From Macrostomum lignano (taxonomy: Eukaryota), in contig NIVC01001217.1 of the NCBI GenBank assembly GCA_002269645.1, forward strand, positions 62,001 through 126,000: a stretch of DNA of 64,000 bases, in the 5' to 3' direction. Below the pieces are notes generated by a model. It made no database searches. It was not told where the DNA came from and saw only the letters and a program-made list of their open reading frames with translations. Every line of letters begins with the position of its first letter. The stretch's first letter is position 1. The position numbers and the translations under genes were made by a program. This document shows, piece by piece, positions 37,255 to 50,073 of the stretch.

Positions 37255-37915
37255 CGCCAGCTACTGAGATACCTCAGCTACTGAGATACCTCAGCTACTG
37301 AGATACCCCAGCTACTGAGATACCTCAGCTACTGAGATACCCCAGCTACTGAGATACCCCAGCTACTGAGATACCCCAGCTACTGAGATACCACAGCTAC
37401 TGAGATACCTCAGCTACTGAGATACCTCAGCTACTGAGATACCCCAGCTACTGAGATACCTCAGCTACTGAGATACCCCAGCTACTGAGATACCCCAGCT
37501 AATGAGATACCTCAGCTACTGAGATACCCCAGCTACTGAGATACCCCAGCTAATGAGATACCTCAGCTACTGAGATACTCCAGCTACTGAGATACCCCAG
37601 CTAATGAGATACCTCAGCTACTGAGATACTCCAGCTACTGAGATACCACAGCTACTGAGATACCGCAGCCACTGAGATACCCCCAGCTACTGCATGAGAT
37701 ACCCCAGCTACTGAGATACCACAGCTACTGAGATACCGCAGCCACTGAGATACCCCCAGCTACTGCATGAGATACCCCAGCTACTGAGATACCACAGCTA
37801 CTGAGATACCGCAGCCACTGAGATACCCCAGCTACTGCATGAGATACCCCAGCTACTGAGATACCACAGCTACTGAGATACCCCAGCTACTGAGATACCC
37901 CAGCCACTGAGATAC
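37255..37915. repeat. 17-bp minisatellite CAGCTACTGAGATACCC
   Basis: Tandem units. Confidence 0.95.
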
Positions 37916-38496
37916 TCTGCCATAATTAGCCCATTGCACTATATTTCCAGTAGTAAGTATTCCATAATATAATGTATTACATGTAACATCAGCCGGCTCT
38001 AACTATTGCGGCAGTGTAATGGGATCACGGATCAGATTGAGGAGTTTTATCCCTTCGCTAGATGTCTGGAATTAGCAGAGAAATCCTCAAGTACAGTGGA
38101 CACCGTGAATCCGTGATCTGGCATAAGGAGCGAGTATAAACTTACAGCCCGATAGTGAGCCTGTGCGCTACTCACATCAAGACTGCTCTGCAGGGCCCGC
38201 AGCAGGACTGGTTATTGCTTAATACGAGAGCCGCTTTGGGGATATTGGGGGATAAGTGCAGCAGGGATTGCCTGAATTCCAATGGTCTCTGTTCTTCTGC
38301 TGCTTTTATTAGTTTCCTCGCCAGGCTGAGTTGAGGAGAATCAGGAGACATGGACTTCTAACAGATAGCATCTGGACTAAGGATTAGCCAAACACTTCCA
38401 CCCAATCAACGTACAAATGATTTGAAATTGAGGCAGAAAAGATTGGGAAGACATTTTAAAGACCATCAATCCCATCTTACAATGCAGCATTTTCAG

Positions 38497-41400
38497 TCTG
38501 ACCGGCTGAGCACGTTTGGTGGTCGGGCCAGAGATCTGCAAGGGGCCGTGGACAGCGCTGGTGCGCCCGCTCAATGCTCGCAGTCTGCTGTGGCGCAGTC
38601 ACCAAATGATAGCGCAGAATCAGGCTGCCAGGTGAGAGTGAGAGTGTGAATGTGGGAGATCTACGAGAGCTCTCGAGTCTTAGATTATTGAGATCTACGA
38701 GGGTTATTGAGTCTTAGCTTGTTGAGATCAATGAGAGCTCTTAATTCTTGGATGATTGAGAGCTCTCGAGTCTTAGATGATCGAGATATATGACAGTTTT
38801 GAGTCTTAGATGATTGAGATCCATGAGAGCTCTCGACTCTTATCAGATGATTCAGATCTATGGGAACTCTTGAGTCTTAAATTATTGAGATCTATGAGAG
38901 CTCTCGATTCTTAGACGATTCAGATCTATGAGAGCTCTCGAGTCTTATATTATTGAGATCTACAAGAGATATTGAGTCTTAGCTTGTTTGAGATCTATGA
39001 AAGCTCTCGAGTCTTAGATAATTGAGATCTATGAGAGCTCTCGAGTCTTAGATAATTAACATCTATGAGAGCTCTCGAGTCTTAGATAATTGAGATCTAC
39101 GAAGGCTCTCGAGTCTTAGATAATTGAGATCTACGAGAGCTCTCGAGTCTTAGATAATTGAGATCTATGAGAGCTCTCGAGTCTTAGATAATTTAGATTT
39201 ATGAGAGCTCTCGAGTCTTAGATAATTGAGATCTATGAGAGCTCTCGAGTCTTAGATAATTGAGATCTATGAGAGCTCTCGAGTCTTAGATAATTGAGAT
39301 CTACGAAGGCTCTCGAGTCTTAGATAATTGAGATCTACGAGAGCTCTCGAGTCTTAGATAATTGAGATCTATGAGAGCTCTCGAGTCTTAGATAATTTAG
39401 ATTTATGAGAGCTCTCGAGTCTTAGATAATTGAGATCTACGAGAGCTCTCGAGTCTTAGATCATTGAGATCTATGAGAGCTCTCGAGTCTTAGATAATTG
39501 AGATCTACGAGAGCTCTCGAGTCTTAGATAATTGAGATCTATGAGAGCTCTCGAGTCTTAGATGATTGAGATCTATGAGAGCTCTCGAGTCTTAGATAAT
39601 TGAGATCTATGAGAGCTCTCGAGTCTTAGATAATTGAGATCTATGAGAGCTCTCGAGTCTTAGATGATTGAGATCTATGAGAGCTCTCGAGTCTTAGATA
39701 ATTGAGATCTACGAGAGCTCTTGAGTCTTAGATAATTGAGATCTATGAGAGCTCTCGAGTCTTAGATGATTGAGATCTATGAGAGCTCTCGAGTCTTAGA
39801 TAATTGAGATCTACGAGAGCTCTTGAGTCTTAGATAATTGAGATCTACGAGAGCTCTCGAGTCTTAGATGATTGAAGATCTACAAGAGCTCTCGATTTCA
39901 GATTATTGAGATACATGAGAACTCTCGAGTCTTAATCCACTCAATAGTCCATTCAAACAATAAATCATTCCAGACTCAGTCGTCGAGAAGTCCGGAAGAT
40001 GCAGCTCTGATGCAATTTTCGGGGTCAGTGCAAGAGAAATCCAGCAAAGAATTTTCTCGTGATTTGTCCTCTTTTTCAGATAATATGGCAGCCATTTCTA
40101 GTACTCGTGTAAGTAGACTATCTGCATTTATTGAGATTTTAGCTTTTTACTGCTAAAAGTGGTCACTGTATGTTATGCAGGTCGCAGTCCCGAGAGGCAG
40201 GCAAGGAGTTCGAAGTTCTGACGCATATGCTAGCAACTTGTGAGGCTCATCTGCTTTTCGAAATTGGCATCTGTCATTCACTCCTTTCACTCACTCACTC
40301 ACTCCCCTCACTCACTCCCTTCACTCACTCCCTCCCTTCAATCACTCACTCCCTTCACTCACTAACTCCCTTCAATCACTCACTCCCTTCACTCACTAAC
40401 TCCCTTCAATCACTCACTCCCCTTACTCACTCACTCCCTTCACTCCCTCCCTTTAATTCACTTACTTTCTTCACTCACTAACTCCCTTCAATCACTCATT
40501 CCCCTCATTCACTCACTCCCTTCACTCCCTCCCTTCAATCACTCACTCCCTTCACTCACTAACTCCCTTCAATCACTCACTCCCTTCACTCACTAACTCC
40601 CTTCAATCACTCATTCCCCTTACTCACTCACTCCCTTCACTCCCTCCCTTCAATTCACTTACTTTCTTCACTCACTAATTCCTTTCACTCACTCACTCCC
40701 TCCACTCACTCTCTCCCTTCAATTCAAGTACTTTCTTCGCTCACTCCTTTCATTCACTCACTCTCTCACACACGCACTCCCTTCACTCAACCGACCCCGA
40801 CCCCTTCACTAGAATTGTCCACTCACTACCACACCTATTAGGAATGGCGTGCCAAACGACTCGGCGCGACATTCTCTGGAAGATGACGTCATTATTGAAG
40901 ATGCTAAAAATAGAAACAGCAGCAATAACACACAACGAAGCGACTATGATGAAACGGCTGAGAAAGAGTCGACCTTGATCGAGGAGGCCAAGGATACGGA
41001 TGTAGAGATGAGAGAAAGATTACACTTTATGATTACATAATTGGAAAGTGCTTCGCAATCGAATCTAATTAATTCTCTTTTTCAGTCCGTGTTTTATCCT
41101 CCAAGCTGCCCTCGCACAGCGGTTTTGAGTCGGACTTATTGGAGATCGCTGGAACAGCTCAAGGTCGAGTGGAGCGAAGGCTCGGGTGAGACAGTTTTAA
41201 AGAATGGTCAGAGTAAGTGTCAGAGTGAGTGTCAGAGTGAGTGTCAGAGTGAGGGTGTCAGAGTGAGGGTGTCAGAGTGAGGGTGTCAGAGTGGATGTCA
41301 GAGTGAGTGTCAGAGTGAGTGTCAGAGTGGGTGTCAGAGTGAATGTCAGCCATAATCATCCGCAGCAGCTTCGGGGAACTCCTTAGCGGCAGACCAGGAG

Positions 41401-44400
41401 GCCTCCGCCACGCCACTGGGTGTGTGGAGCTCCGGCTGCAACGCGGAAGCGGCGGTCAGCCTCAGGCGGCAGCTCCGGGAGGACGCGGAATTGCGCAGGC
41501 TGGAGAGCCGGCTGGCCCGCCTGGGCGCCGAGTGCGAGAGGGGAGCAGCCGGGGCCGCGACGGACTGGCTGAGGGTCAAGCAGGCAAGGTCTCGCTGCAT
41601 TTTGGCTGAGTTCGCTCCCTTCGTTCCGTTCTCTTCATTCTGCTCCCTCTAATTACATCATTTCATTCTCCGGCCCCATTATTCCCCAATTCCCCAGCTC
41701 CATCATTCCCCAGCTCCATCATTCCCCAGCTCCATCATTCCCCAGCTCCATCATTCCCCAGCTCCATCATTCCCCAGCTCCATCATTCCCCAGCTCCATC
41801 ATTCCCCAGCTCCATCATTCCCCAGCTCCATCATTCCCCAGCTCCATCATTCCCCAGCTCCATCATTCCCCAGCTCCATCATTCCCCAGCTCCATCATTC
41901 CCCAGCTCCATCATTCCCCAGCTCCATCATTCCCCAGCTCCATCATTCCCCAGCTCCATCATTCCCCAGCTCCATCATTCCCCAGCTCCATCATTCCCCA
42001 GCTCCATCATTCCCCAGCTCCATCATTCCCCAGCTCCATCATTCCCCAGCTCCATCATTCCCCAGCTCCATCATTCCCCAGCTCCATCATTCCCCAGCTC
42101 CATCATTCCCCAGCTCCATCATTCCCCAGCTCCATCATTCCCCAGCTCCATCATTCCCCAGCTCCATCATTCCCCAGCTCCATCATTCCCCAGCTCCATC
42201 ATTCCCCAGCTCCATCATTCCCCAGCTCCATCATTCCCCAGCTCCATCATTCCCCAGCTCCATCATTCCCCAGCTCCATCATTCCCCAGCTCCATCATTC
42301 CCCAGCTCCATCATTCCCCAGCTTCATCATTCCCCGATTTCCCAGCTCCATCATTTCCCATTTCCTCAGCTCCATCATTTCCTCAGCTCCATCATTTCTC
42401 AGCTCCATCATTTCTCAGCTCCATCATTTCTCAGCTCCATCATTCCCCAGCTCCGCGCTTACAGCAGTTCCTCCTGAACCCCTTCAGGACCTGGAGTGCA
42501 CCGGCTGCGAGCTTCGCCAGCTGCAGCTTCAGCGGCAGCGGCTCAGCAGCCCCGGCCCGGGGAGCCGCCATCTGCTTAGCCGCTGGCTCGCCGCCCGCGA
42601 GGCCAGCCTTCATCGTCGGCGACTTCAACTTGGCGGCGACGCGGCCTCGGCTCGCCGTCAGCTGGCATTGAACTCGACGGCCGCTGCACAGCTGCGGGCC
42701 TGGAAGTCGGAGGTCGAGCAGCTGCTGCGGATGCTGGACGATGCAGATGCTCGGCTGCGGTGCCGCTGGTCGGAGCTGCTGGCTGGCGAGTCCGACCTCA
42801 GCGACAGAGCCGCGGTGGCGGCTGACGGGCTGGCGAGCATCGAGCAGCTGTTGCGGCTGCCCCTGCCGACGCAGCAGCTGGGCGCCGCGCTGGACGCTGA
42901 GTGGCGCCGCCTGGAGGCGGTCGGCGCGGTGCCCTGTCACACGCTGACTGCCCAGATGGAGGCGGCGATCTCGGCTGCTGCGGCGAAAGACGACGATGGC
43001 AGCGGTGACGCAGCGAAGCTGGAGGCCGCTGTGGACGAGTGCCTCGGCGAGGTCGGTTGGGATGATTGGGCTTTAGCACCAGGGGCTTTAGCACCAGGGG
43101 CTTTTGCACCTACTCAATATAGCCGGGAAGTGGCTAAAATTCCCAAATTGAATCCAGGCCCGGTCAGTCTGTCTGGCGGACTTTCTCTCCTGGGCGCTGG
43201 ACGGCGCTGGGCGGCACCAGCTGGCCTGGCTGCCAGCTCTGGAGCGGCTCTCCGAGGCCACAGGCCGCAGACACCGCGTCAGCTGCTCGGGCTGCGGACG
43301 GCGCCCAATTCGAGGCGTTCGATTCCGCTGCCTGCGCTGCCTGCGGCTCAACCTCTGCCTGGACTGCCGTCTGCGCGGAGTTGGCGGCGACGCTGGAACT
43401 CGAACTTCAAACTGCGGCTGCTGGGGTCAGCGAGTGTCGTCGGGCGGCCACCGGGAAGATCACCCGATGCTGCAGTGCTCAAGAGGTCCGGGCCTGCGGG
43501 AGGAGCTGAGCAGCCTGGGCAGGGCGATTCGGCGACGAGTTTTGCGTCCTCGACGGCGGCGGCAGCGGCAGCTCCAAGAGTCGACTGAAGTGCAGCCGAG
43601 AGCTGCGCATGGATTGTAAGGAAGGCCGTTTTATTTATGCTCTGACTCAGGCCACCCGCTGTTATCCCATACAGCGAATCCCAGTGTTCGTAATTTGTTA
43701 AGGGTCGTGGTTTCGTAGAAAGGATAACAAAGTGGCTTTGGAAAGTGGGTCATTTTTTAGAGTCAGGGGCCTGTGTGCACCCTGGCGCACTTTAAGCGAC
43801 ATTGTCGCACAACCGGCGAGAAGCATTGCTGCCCATTCCGCCGACTCCCCTGAGCAGGCACACAAGCGCGCGGATACGTACGCAGTCATACGCACAGGCA
43901 CACACTCACACAGGAGTGTACAGCGGCCCTAACTTTATTTATCGTTAGGCATGTACACTTCACTGTGCCTTGGTGGTTGGACCTCAAGGCCGTTAATTGC
44001 ACGAGCAGAGCCAAGCCGAGATTCCAATTCAGCTCCAAATTAATGTGACTGCACTGGGAATCGAGCCTGGGCCGCTGGTACATGAGAGCGCCGCGCTGGA
44101 CCCTTACGATTTGTTTAACTTTGAATCGAATTTGCAGCTTAAATGTCCGAGGGTACCTGAAAAATGAGCTTCATCAGGGGATATTCAAAGCTAGGGAGAG
44201 AGAGAGAAAAGAGATAAACGGAGCGGCAACCCAGGCCAAGTATTCCGTCTGCTACTTTCCTTAAAAATTGCTGCGGGCCACCCGCTCAAGCAGAAGAAAC
44301 TATATAGAAAAGCTGAATATATGGCGGAGCAACCGGCTAAGGGTTAATGGCTAAAAGACGTATCGATTTACCGAGCTTAGAATGCTGGAATGGAGGATGC

Positions 44401-47400
44401 GGCGTCTTCAATGGGATTTGTGCAGCTCGAGTAACCTGAGGAACGCAGTAGATGGTTGCCCAGTGAGGTCTCTGCTATACTCGCGACTGACCGGATGTGG
44501 CCTCAGAGCAAAGCTGACAAAACTGTTTGCTTTGGCTGGCTTATCTGGTGTGCTGCAAATATGCTGACAGTACGAGACTGACAAAACTGACTGTGATGAT
44601 CTTGAATGGCGCTGAGCCTACCATTCGGAATGGTCTTCATCGTTTAGGTCAACTTCATCCCCTCCCTTCAGCCTTCCTTCAGCCCCTCCCTTCAGCCTTC
44701 CTTCAGCCCCTCCCTTCAACCCCTCTCTTCAGCCCCTCCCCTTAACTCCTCCCTTCAGCCCTCCCTTCAGCCCCTCCCTTCAGCCCATCCTTCAACCCCT
44801 CCTTTCAGCCCTCCCTTCAACCCTTCCCTTCAGCCCTCCCTTCAGCCCCTCCTTTCAGCCCTCCCTTCAACCCCTCCTTTCAGCCCTCCCTTCAACCCTT
44901 CCCTTCAGCCCTCCCTTCAGCCCCTCCCTTCAGCCCTCCCTTCAACCCCTCCTTTCAGCCCTCCCTTCAACCCTTCCCTTCAGCCCTCCCTTCAGCCCCT
45001 CCCTTCAGCCCTCCCTTCAACCCCTCCTTTCAGCCCTCCCTTCAACCCTTCCCTTCAGCCCTCCCTTCAGCCCCTCCTTTCAGCCCTCCCTTCAACCCCT
45101 CCTTTCAGCCCTCCCTTCAACCCTTCCCTTCAGCCCTCCCTTCAACCCCTCCCTTCAGCCCTCCCTTCAACCCCTCCCTTCAGCCCTCCCTTCTCTTTCT
45201 CTTATTCCTTTGTACAGTCGAAGCGCTCTTCATTTGCGCTCCCGCAACAATTTCCATTCAGCAGTTGCCCATAGCCGAATGAAATTATTGGCACTCTGCT
45301 CCCATTGGCTACAGCATCCAAGCCTCATCTTTGATAACACGCACTGTCCTCCTAGTTTAGAAACTTAGAATTAGAAGTGCTGCGGCTCATAGGAAAATCT
45401 ACGCCTTGAGATGCGGCGGCAGCAGCAGCAGCTCCAGAGCCAACACGACTTCGCCCGCTGCCCCCGCAGGAACTCGGATTCCGAGCACCAGGCAGTCCGG
45501 ACCGAAGGAGCCATCGACGAGGAGCACCGGTTGATTGCGGCGTACACCGGCGAGCTGAGATCTCGCCTGCCGGAGGCTGCGGCCGCCTCATCAGCGACTG
45601 TTGAGACTCTAGAGCGCGAGCTGGAGATTGAGAGCGTGAAGCTGCAGGTAAGGCAGGCGGTGAACTTCAGGTTCTGCTGGTGTACTTCAGGTGGATTACA
45701 GGTTCTGATGGTGTACTTCAGGTGGATTTCAGGTTCTGATGGTGTACTTCAGGTGGATTACAGGTTCTGTTGGTGTACTTCAGGTGGATTTCAGGTTCTG
45801 ATGGTGTACTTCAGGTGGATTACAGGTTCGGTTGGTGTACTTCAGTTAGATTTCAGGTTCTGCTGGTGTACTTCAGGTGGATTACAGGTTCTGTTGGTGT
45901 ACTTCAGGTGGATTACAGGTTCTGATGGTGTACTTCAGGTGGATTACAGGTTCTGATGGTGTACTTCAGGTGGAATTCAGGTTCTGATGGTGTACTTCAG
46001 GTGGAATTCAGGTTCTGATGGTGTACTTCAGGTGGAATTCAGGTTCTGATGGTGTACTTCAGGTGGATTACAGGTTCTGATGGTGTACTTCAGGTGGATT
46101 ACAGGTTCTGCTGGTGTACTTCAGGTGGATTACAGGTTCTGCTGGTGTACTTCAGGTGGATTACAGGTTCTGTTGGTGTACTTCAGGTGGATTACAGGTT
46201 CTGATGGTGTACTTCAGGTGGATTACAGGTTCTGATAGTGTATTTCAGGTGGAATTCAGGTTCTGATGGTGTACTTCAGGTGGAATTCAGGTTCTGATGG
46301 TGTACTTCAGGTGGATTACAGGTTCTGATAGTGTACTTCAGGTGGATTACAGGTTCTGATAGTGTACTTCAGGTGGATTACAGGTTCTGATGGTGTACTT
46401 CAGGTGGATTACAGGTTCTGATGGTGTATTTCAGGTGGATTACAGGTTCTGATGGTGTACTTCAGGTGGATTACAGGTTCTTCTGGTGTACTTCAGGTGG
46501 TTCTGAGAATGTATTTCAGGTTAAAATCAAGATTCTAAGACTGTACACTTGAGGTGAACTTCAGTGAGACAAAACTTTATAAAGAAGTCAGGAGCTTCTG
46601 CGGGTGGTACTTCAAGCCATGTTTTCCGTGAGAGTGCAATTAGCGCAACTCGAATCATTTTTACAAATTACAAATCATTGACTTCAGGGGACTCAAAATG
46701 CACTTTATCTGTATGCTGCTAACTTGAGCTCGGCGCTGCGGCTGGCCCTTTCTGTGTAAAGGAAAGTCTTCTTTTGTAAAATGCAGATTCCAGTTTTGGT
46801 ACCCACTTGGTAAACCATGGATTGTAATCCCTCAAATGACTAGATCCCGTCTCCCAGCCTGTGGGCTCATTGTGGAAGTCGGCGCTGGTGTGTAAAAATC
46901 TCTTTCATAAAATCTTTCATAACCCCCCTCCAGCTACCGCAGCCTCCGGAGCTGGGAAGTTGCAGAATTTGTGCGGAGAACTTTTGGGATTTGTGATTAG
47001 GGAGTTTTGCAGTGGAATGGAAACTGGTAGAGTGATGAAGATCTCCGACGGCTGCCGGAGCCGAAACGAAAGTGATGGAGGGGGAGGCTGGGCTGCTGGC
47101 CTCTCTGGCACGATCCGGTGGTGAAGAATGGCGCGGAGGCTGAGCCGAGTAGGAAGCGGCAGGAATGTATAGAATAATGGGAGCAGAGGAGAGAAAAGTA
47201 CATCGCTACCGCTCTCTCAAGGCCTCAGACCCGGAACTGCCTCTGCGTGACCAAAACTATGAAAGATTGACAAATATAAAAACAATGGACGGGGGCTATA
47301 TAATGCTTTTGTGTAGCTAACTGTAAATTGTGCATACATGGACTACTACGAGCGTAGTGCTCGCCTTAGTGAGGTTGCAAGCTTTCAGAGAAATTTCAGC

Positions 47401-50073
47401 TATTATTTATCTCTGACAGATTTATTTTATTGTCTAAGCATCTTTTTACTTTTAGTGTATTGAGGCAGTGGAAGTCTGTATGCATGTAATACGCTATGCT
47501 ATATTGTACTGTGTCAGCTGCCTTTGTTTTCTGCCCTGGTTAAATTTGGGCCAATTGGTTTCTGCAGTACCGCTACACCTCCTCTGCTCACCTCTCGGAA
47601 TTCTAAGTGGCACTCGGTGAGTACGGCTGAGAATTGGCCTTCTACAGAGGAATTTCTCACCCTCTCAGAGAGAGCTTAGGAATTGCTTCTCAGCATCTTT
47701 TTCTTGACAATTTTCAGACATTTGTGGAAAATTCTGAAGACCATTCAGTTCTGTTTGCCGATGTTTTTAAGGTGAAAGAATTTGATGTGATTGAGGGTGT
47801 TTAGTTGGGGCAATTGACGGTGTTTAGTTGGGGCAATTGACGGTGTTTAGTTGGGGCAATTGACGGTGTTTAGTTGGGGCAATTGACGGTGTTTAGTTGG
47901 GGCAATCGAGGGTGTTTAGTTGGGGCAATCGAGGGTGTATAGTTGGGGCAATTGGGGGTGTTTGGTTAGGGAAATTAAGGGTGTTTATTTGGGGCAATTA
48001 AGGGTGTTTAGTTGGGGTGATTGAGAATGTTTAGTTGAGGTAATTGAGTGTGTTTGGTTAGGGAAATCGAGGGTGTTTAATTGGGGCAATTGGGGGAGTT
48101 TAGTTGGGGCAATCGAGGGTGTTTAGTTGGGGCAATTGGGGGAGTTTAGTTGGGGAAATTAAGGGTGTTTAGTTGGGGCGATTGAGAATGTTTAGTTGGG
48201 GTAATTGAGGGTGTTTAGTTGGGGCGATTGAGGGTGTTTAAGTGAGGCAATAGGGGAATTTAGGCAGTTTTGTGTGCGATTTAATCAGCATTTTAGGGAC
48301 GATCCAATCTATTTTCAGTGTTCGATACGACTGCTGATCTAAAAGAGCAGTTCTGTTAGCCATTTGGCATTTAGGATTATTTTTCAAGGCACAATGGTTC
48401 TCCTAATAGGGAAAAGTATAGGAATGTATTTAGGGATTTTGTACTTTGTACTTTGTACAAAACTTAGCTAGCTGATATACAATCTATAGGAAGTATACGC
48501 ACATGAGGTCAAGTGCAGTGCAGCGCATATTCTCAGATGGCACCGTTGTGCTGGGATTATACTGGGAGGGAGAAAATTAGTCAAGAGAGGAGAAAGTTAT
48601 TACGCGAATCTAGGGGGTTAGCCAGGCATATCCCATGCATGTAGCTGCTCCCCATCCTGATTTATTGCCCACTGGCTGGGTTGGGGGGGGGGGGTGTTTG
48701 CTGCTGCAGACTTTTCTCACACAATTAGACAGGCATCACGACCAAGCTAGAGTAGGGCGCTGTACTCGAGCAACCTCAAGCAAAAACCATAGTTGTGGCC
48801 ATCAGTGATACTGTACTCGTACCGTAAACATTTGGCCCTAAGCTACACGGACTACCATAGACTATTTTTGTTTTCTATAAATGAACTTCACTGTTATTAA
48901 CAGGCACAGACATTGGCCCACCGGTACAATAATTACCATAGACAAAACCATAAGTATCATGGGATATTATGTGGTAAACTTGTATGTCTGTATTTCAGAT
49001 GAGCAATCCAGTGTATTCCTTCATCCATGCCATGATAAAAAATGTTTCAAGGTCCGGTCTTACGTTCTAACTTAACTTTTACAACTGTAGGAAGCACAGT
49101 GCCTATGCAATAGTGCAATAGAGGAAAAGTTGATAAATAATTAAATAAGGCTCCGACTTCTTTGAACGAAATGTAGTCTCAGCTGTATGCAGTGCTGAGG
49201 CCAGCTCAAAATAGTGAAGATTTGGGATAAAAGTTTTGTAGAGAGGTAATATGCCATCTTAGTAGAGGTGAGATTAAATTTCAGTAGACAGGTGAGATGA
49301 AATCTAAGTAGACAGGTGAGATGAGATCTCAGTAGACAGGTGAGATGAGTTCTCAGTAGACAGGTGAGATGAGATCTCAGTAGACAGGTAAGATGAGATC
49401 TCAGTAGACGGATAAGATGATATTCTCAGTAGACAGGTGGGATGAGATCTAAGTAGACAGGTGAGATGAGATCTCAGTAGACAGGTGAGATGAGTTCTCA
49501 GTAGACAGGTGAGATGAGATCTCAGTAGACAGGTAAGATGAGATCTCAGTAGACAGGTGAGATGAGATCTTTTAAGTAAAGTTTCAATAAATTTGACAGG
49601 AGATTTTGAATAAGAATCACAATAAGACAGTTGATCTAAAGGAGAATTCGTATTCAGTCCTCAGCGAAGGCTTACAGGAAATGCCCTCCATCCTGCACCC
49701 CAAGGCTGAGTTCGACCGACTCATGTCCGGCTGCCACGGTGGCGGCGTCGCCTCGAACGGCTGGGCAGGCGGCACGGAGGCGGCGGCAGCGGCGGCGGCC
49801 GAGGCCAGACTGCTGCGAGCTCAGCGAGGCCGCCTTGAGCAGCGAATGGCGGTGCTGGAGGAGCAAAACCGGCGCCTGGAGACTCAGCTGGTCCGCCTGC
49901 GGCGCCTCCTCACTCCGCCGTCGTCGGCGACAGCTAGGCCGCGTCGGCCGGAGAGTCGGGGCATTGTCGGCAGCAGATCGTCCGTTAGCTGCCTGCTGGC
50001 CATGGCGGCCCGGCTGAGCACCGCCATGGGGCAGCTGGTTGACGTCGTAAACTCGGGCGACGCCAGTCCCTGA
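38497..50073 (+). CDS. Divergent compact dystrophin-family protein; 5' end unresolved. Proposed exons 38497-38631, 39974-40023, 40842-41001, 41086-41185, 41366-41588, 42451-43051, 43158 to about 43589/43615, possibly a small exon at 45218, 45393-45647, 49678-50073
   Basis: Spectrin-repeat-like GGDAASARRQL...LRCRWSELL; FLSWAL...AWLPALERL; ZZ finger CSGCGRRPIRGVRFRCLRCLRLNLCLDC...GHREDHPM (in a frame not shown in the track, from acceptor 43158); DEEHRLIAAY; KAEFDRL; EARLLRAQRGRLEQRMAVLEEQNRRLETQLVRLRRLL; terminal LLAMAARLSTAMGQLVDVV. Splice phases chain consistently from 38497 to the ZZ exon; the ZZ-to-45393 junction and the first three exons are less certain. Confidence 0.8.
38660..39930. repeat. 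34-bp minisatellite GAGATCTATGAGAGCTCTCGAGTCTTAGATAATT
   Basis: More than 30 units, degenerate at the left end. Confidence 0.96.
40285..40790. repeat. Pyrimidine-rich CACTCACTCCCTT(CAAT) array
   Basis: Low-complexity tandem units. Confidence 0.9.
41205..41345. repeat. 12-13 bp minisatellite GTGTCAGAGTGA
   Basis: Fills most of a 180-bp intron. Confidence 0.9.
41690..42450. repeat. 16-bp near-perfect minisatellite CTCCATCATTCCCCAG
   Basis: About 45 units; the last unit supplies the in-phase acceptor at 42450/42451. Confidence 0.97.
43740..44110 (-). mobile_element. tRNA-derived SINE (second family), antisense in a dystrophin-like intron
   Basis: Minus strand reads ...AGGGTCCAGCGCGG...CCCAGGCTCGATTCCCAGTGC (B-box-like); body homologous to 20060-20255. 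Confidence 0.6.
44655..45195. repeat. C-rich array CAGCCCTCCCTT / CAACCCCTCCTTT
   Basis: Tandem units running into a strong polypyrimidine tract and AG at 45216-45217. Confidence 0.93.
45660..46500. repeat. 31-bp minisatellite TTCAGGTGGATTACAGGTTCTGATGGTGTAC
   Basis: About 27 units beginning 12 bp after the donor at 45648. Confidence 0.96.
47800..48240. repeat. 23-bp G-rich minisatellite GGTGTTTAGTTGGGGCAATTGA(G/C)
   Basis: Tandem units. Confidence 0.9.
49270..49570. repeat. About 24-bp minisatellite TCAGTAGACAGGTGAGATGAGATC
   Basis: Tandem units. Confidence 0.9.

Noticed and set aside
38660-39930. CRISPR-like array of palindromic 34-bp repeats
   Set aside because: Units are head-to-tail with no unique spacers, no cas genes, and a eukaryotic context. 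The same applies to the other 26-46 bp arrays.
42668-43588. 306-aa ORF taken as one exon
   Set aside because: It runs through a 106-bp intron (43052-43157); the real ZZ domain is in another frame after the acceptor.
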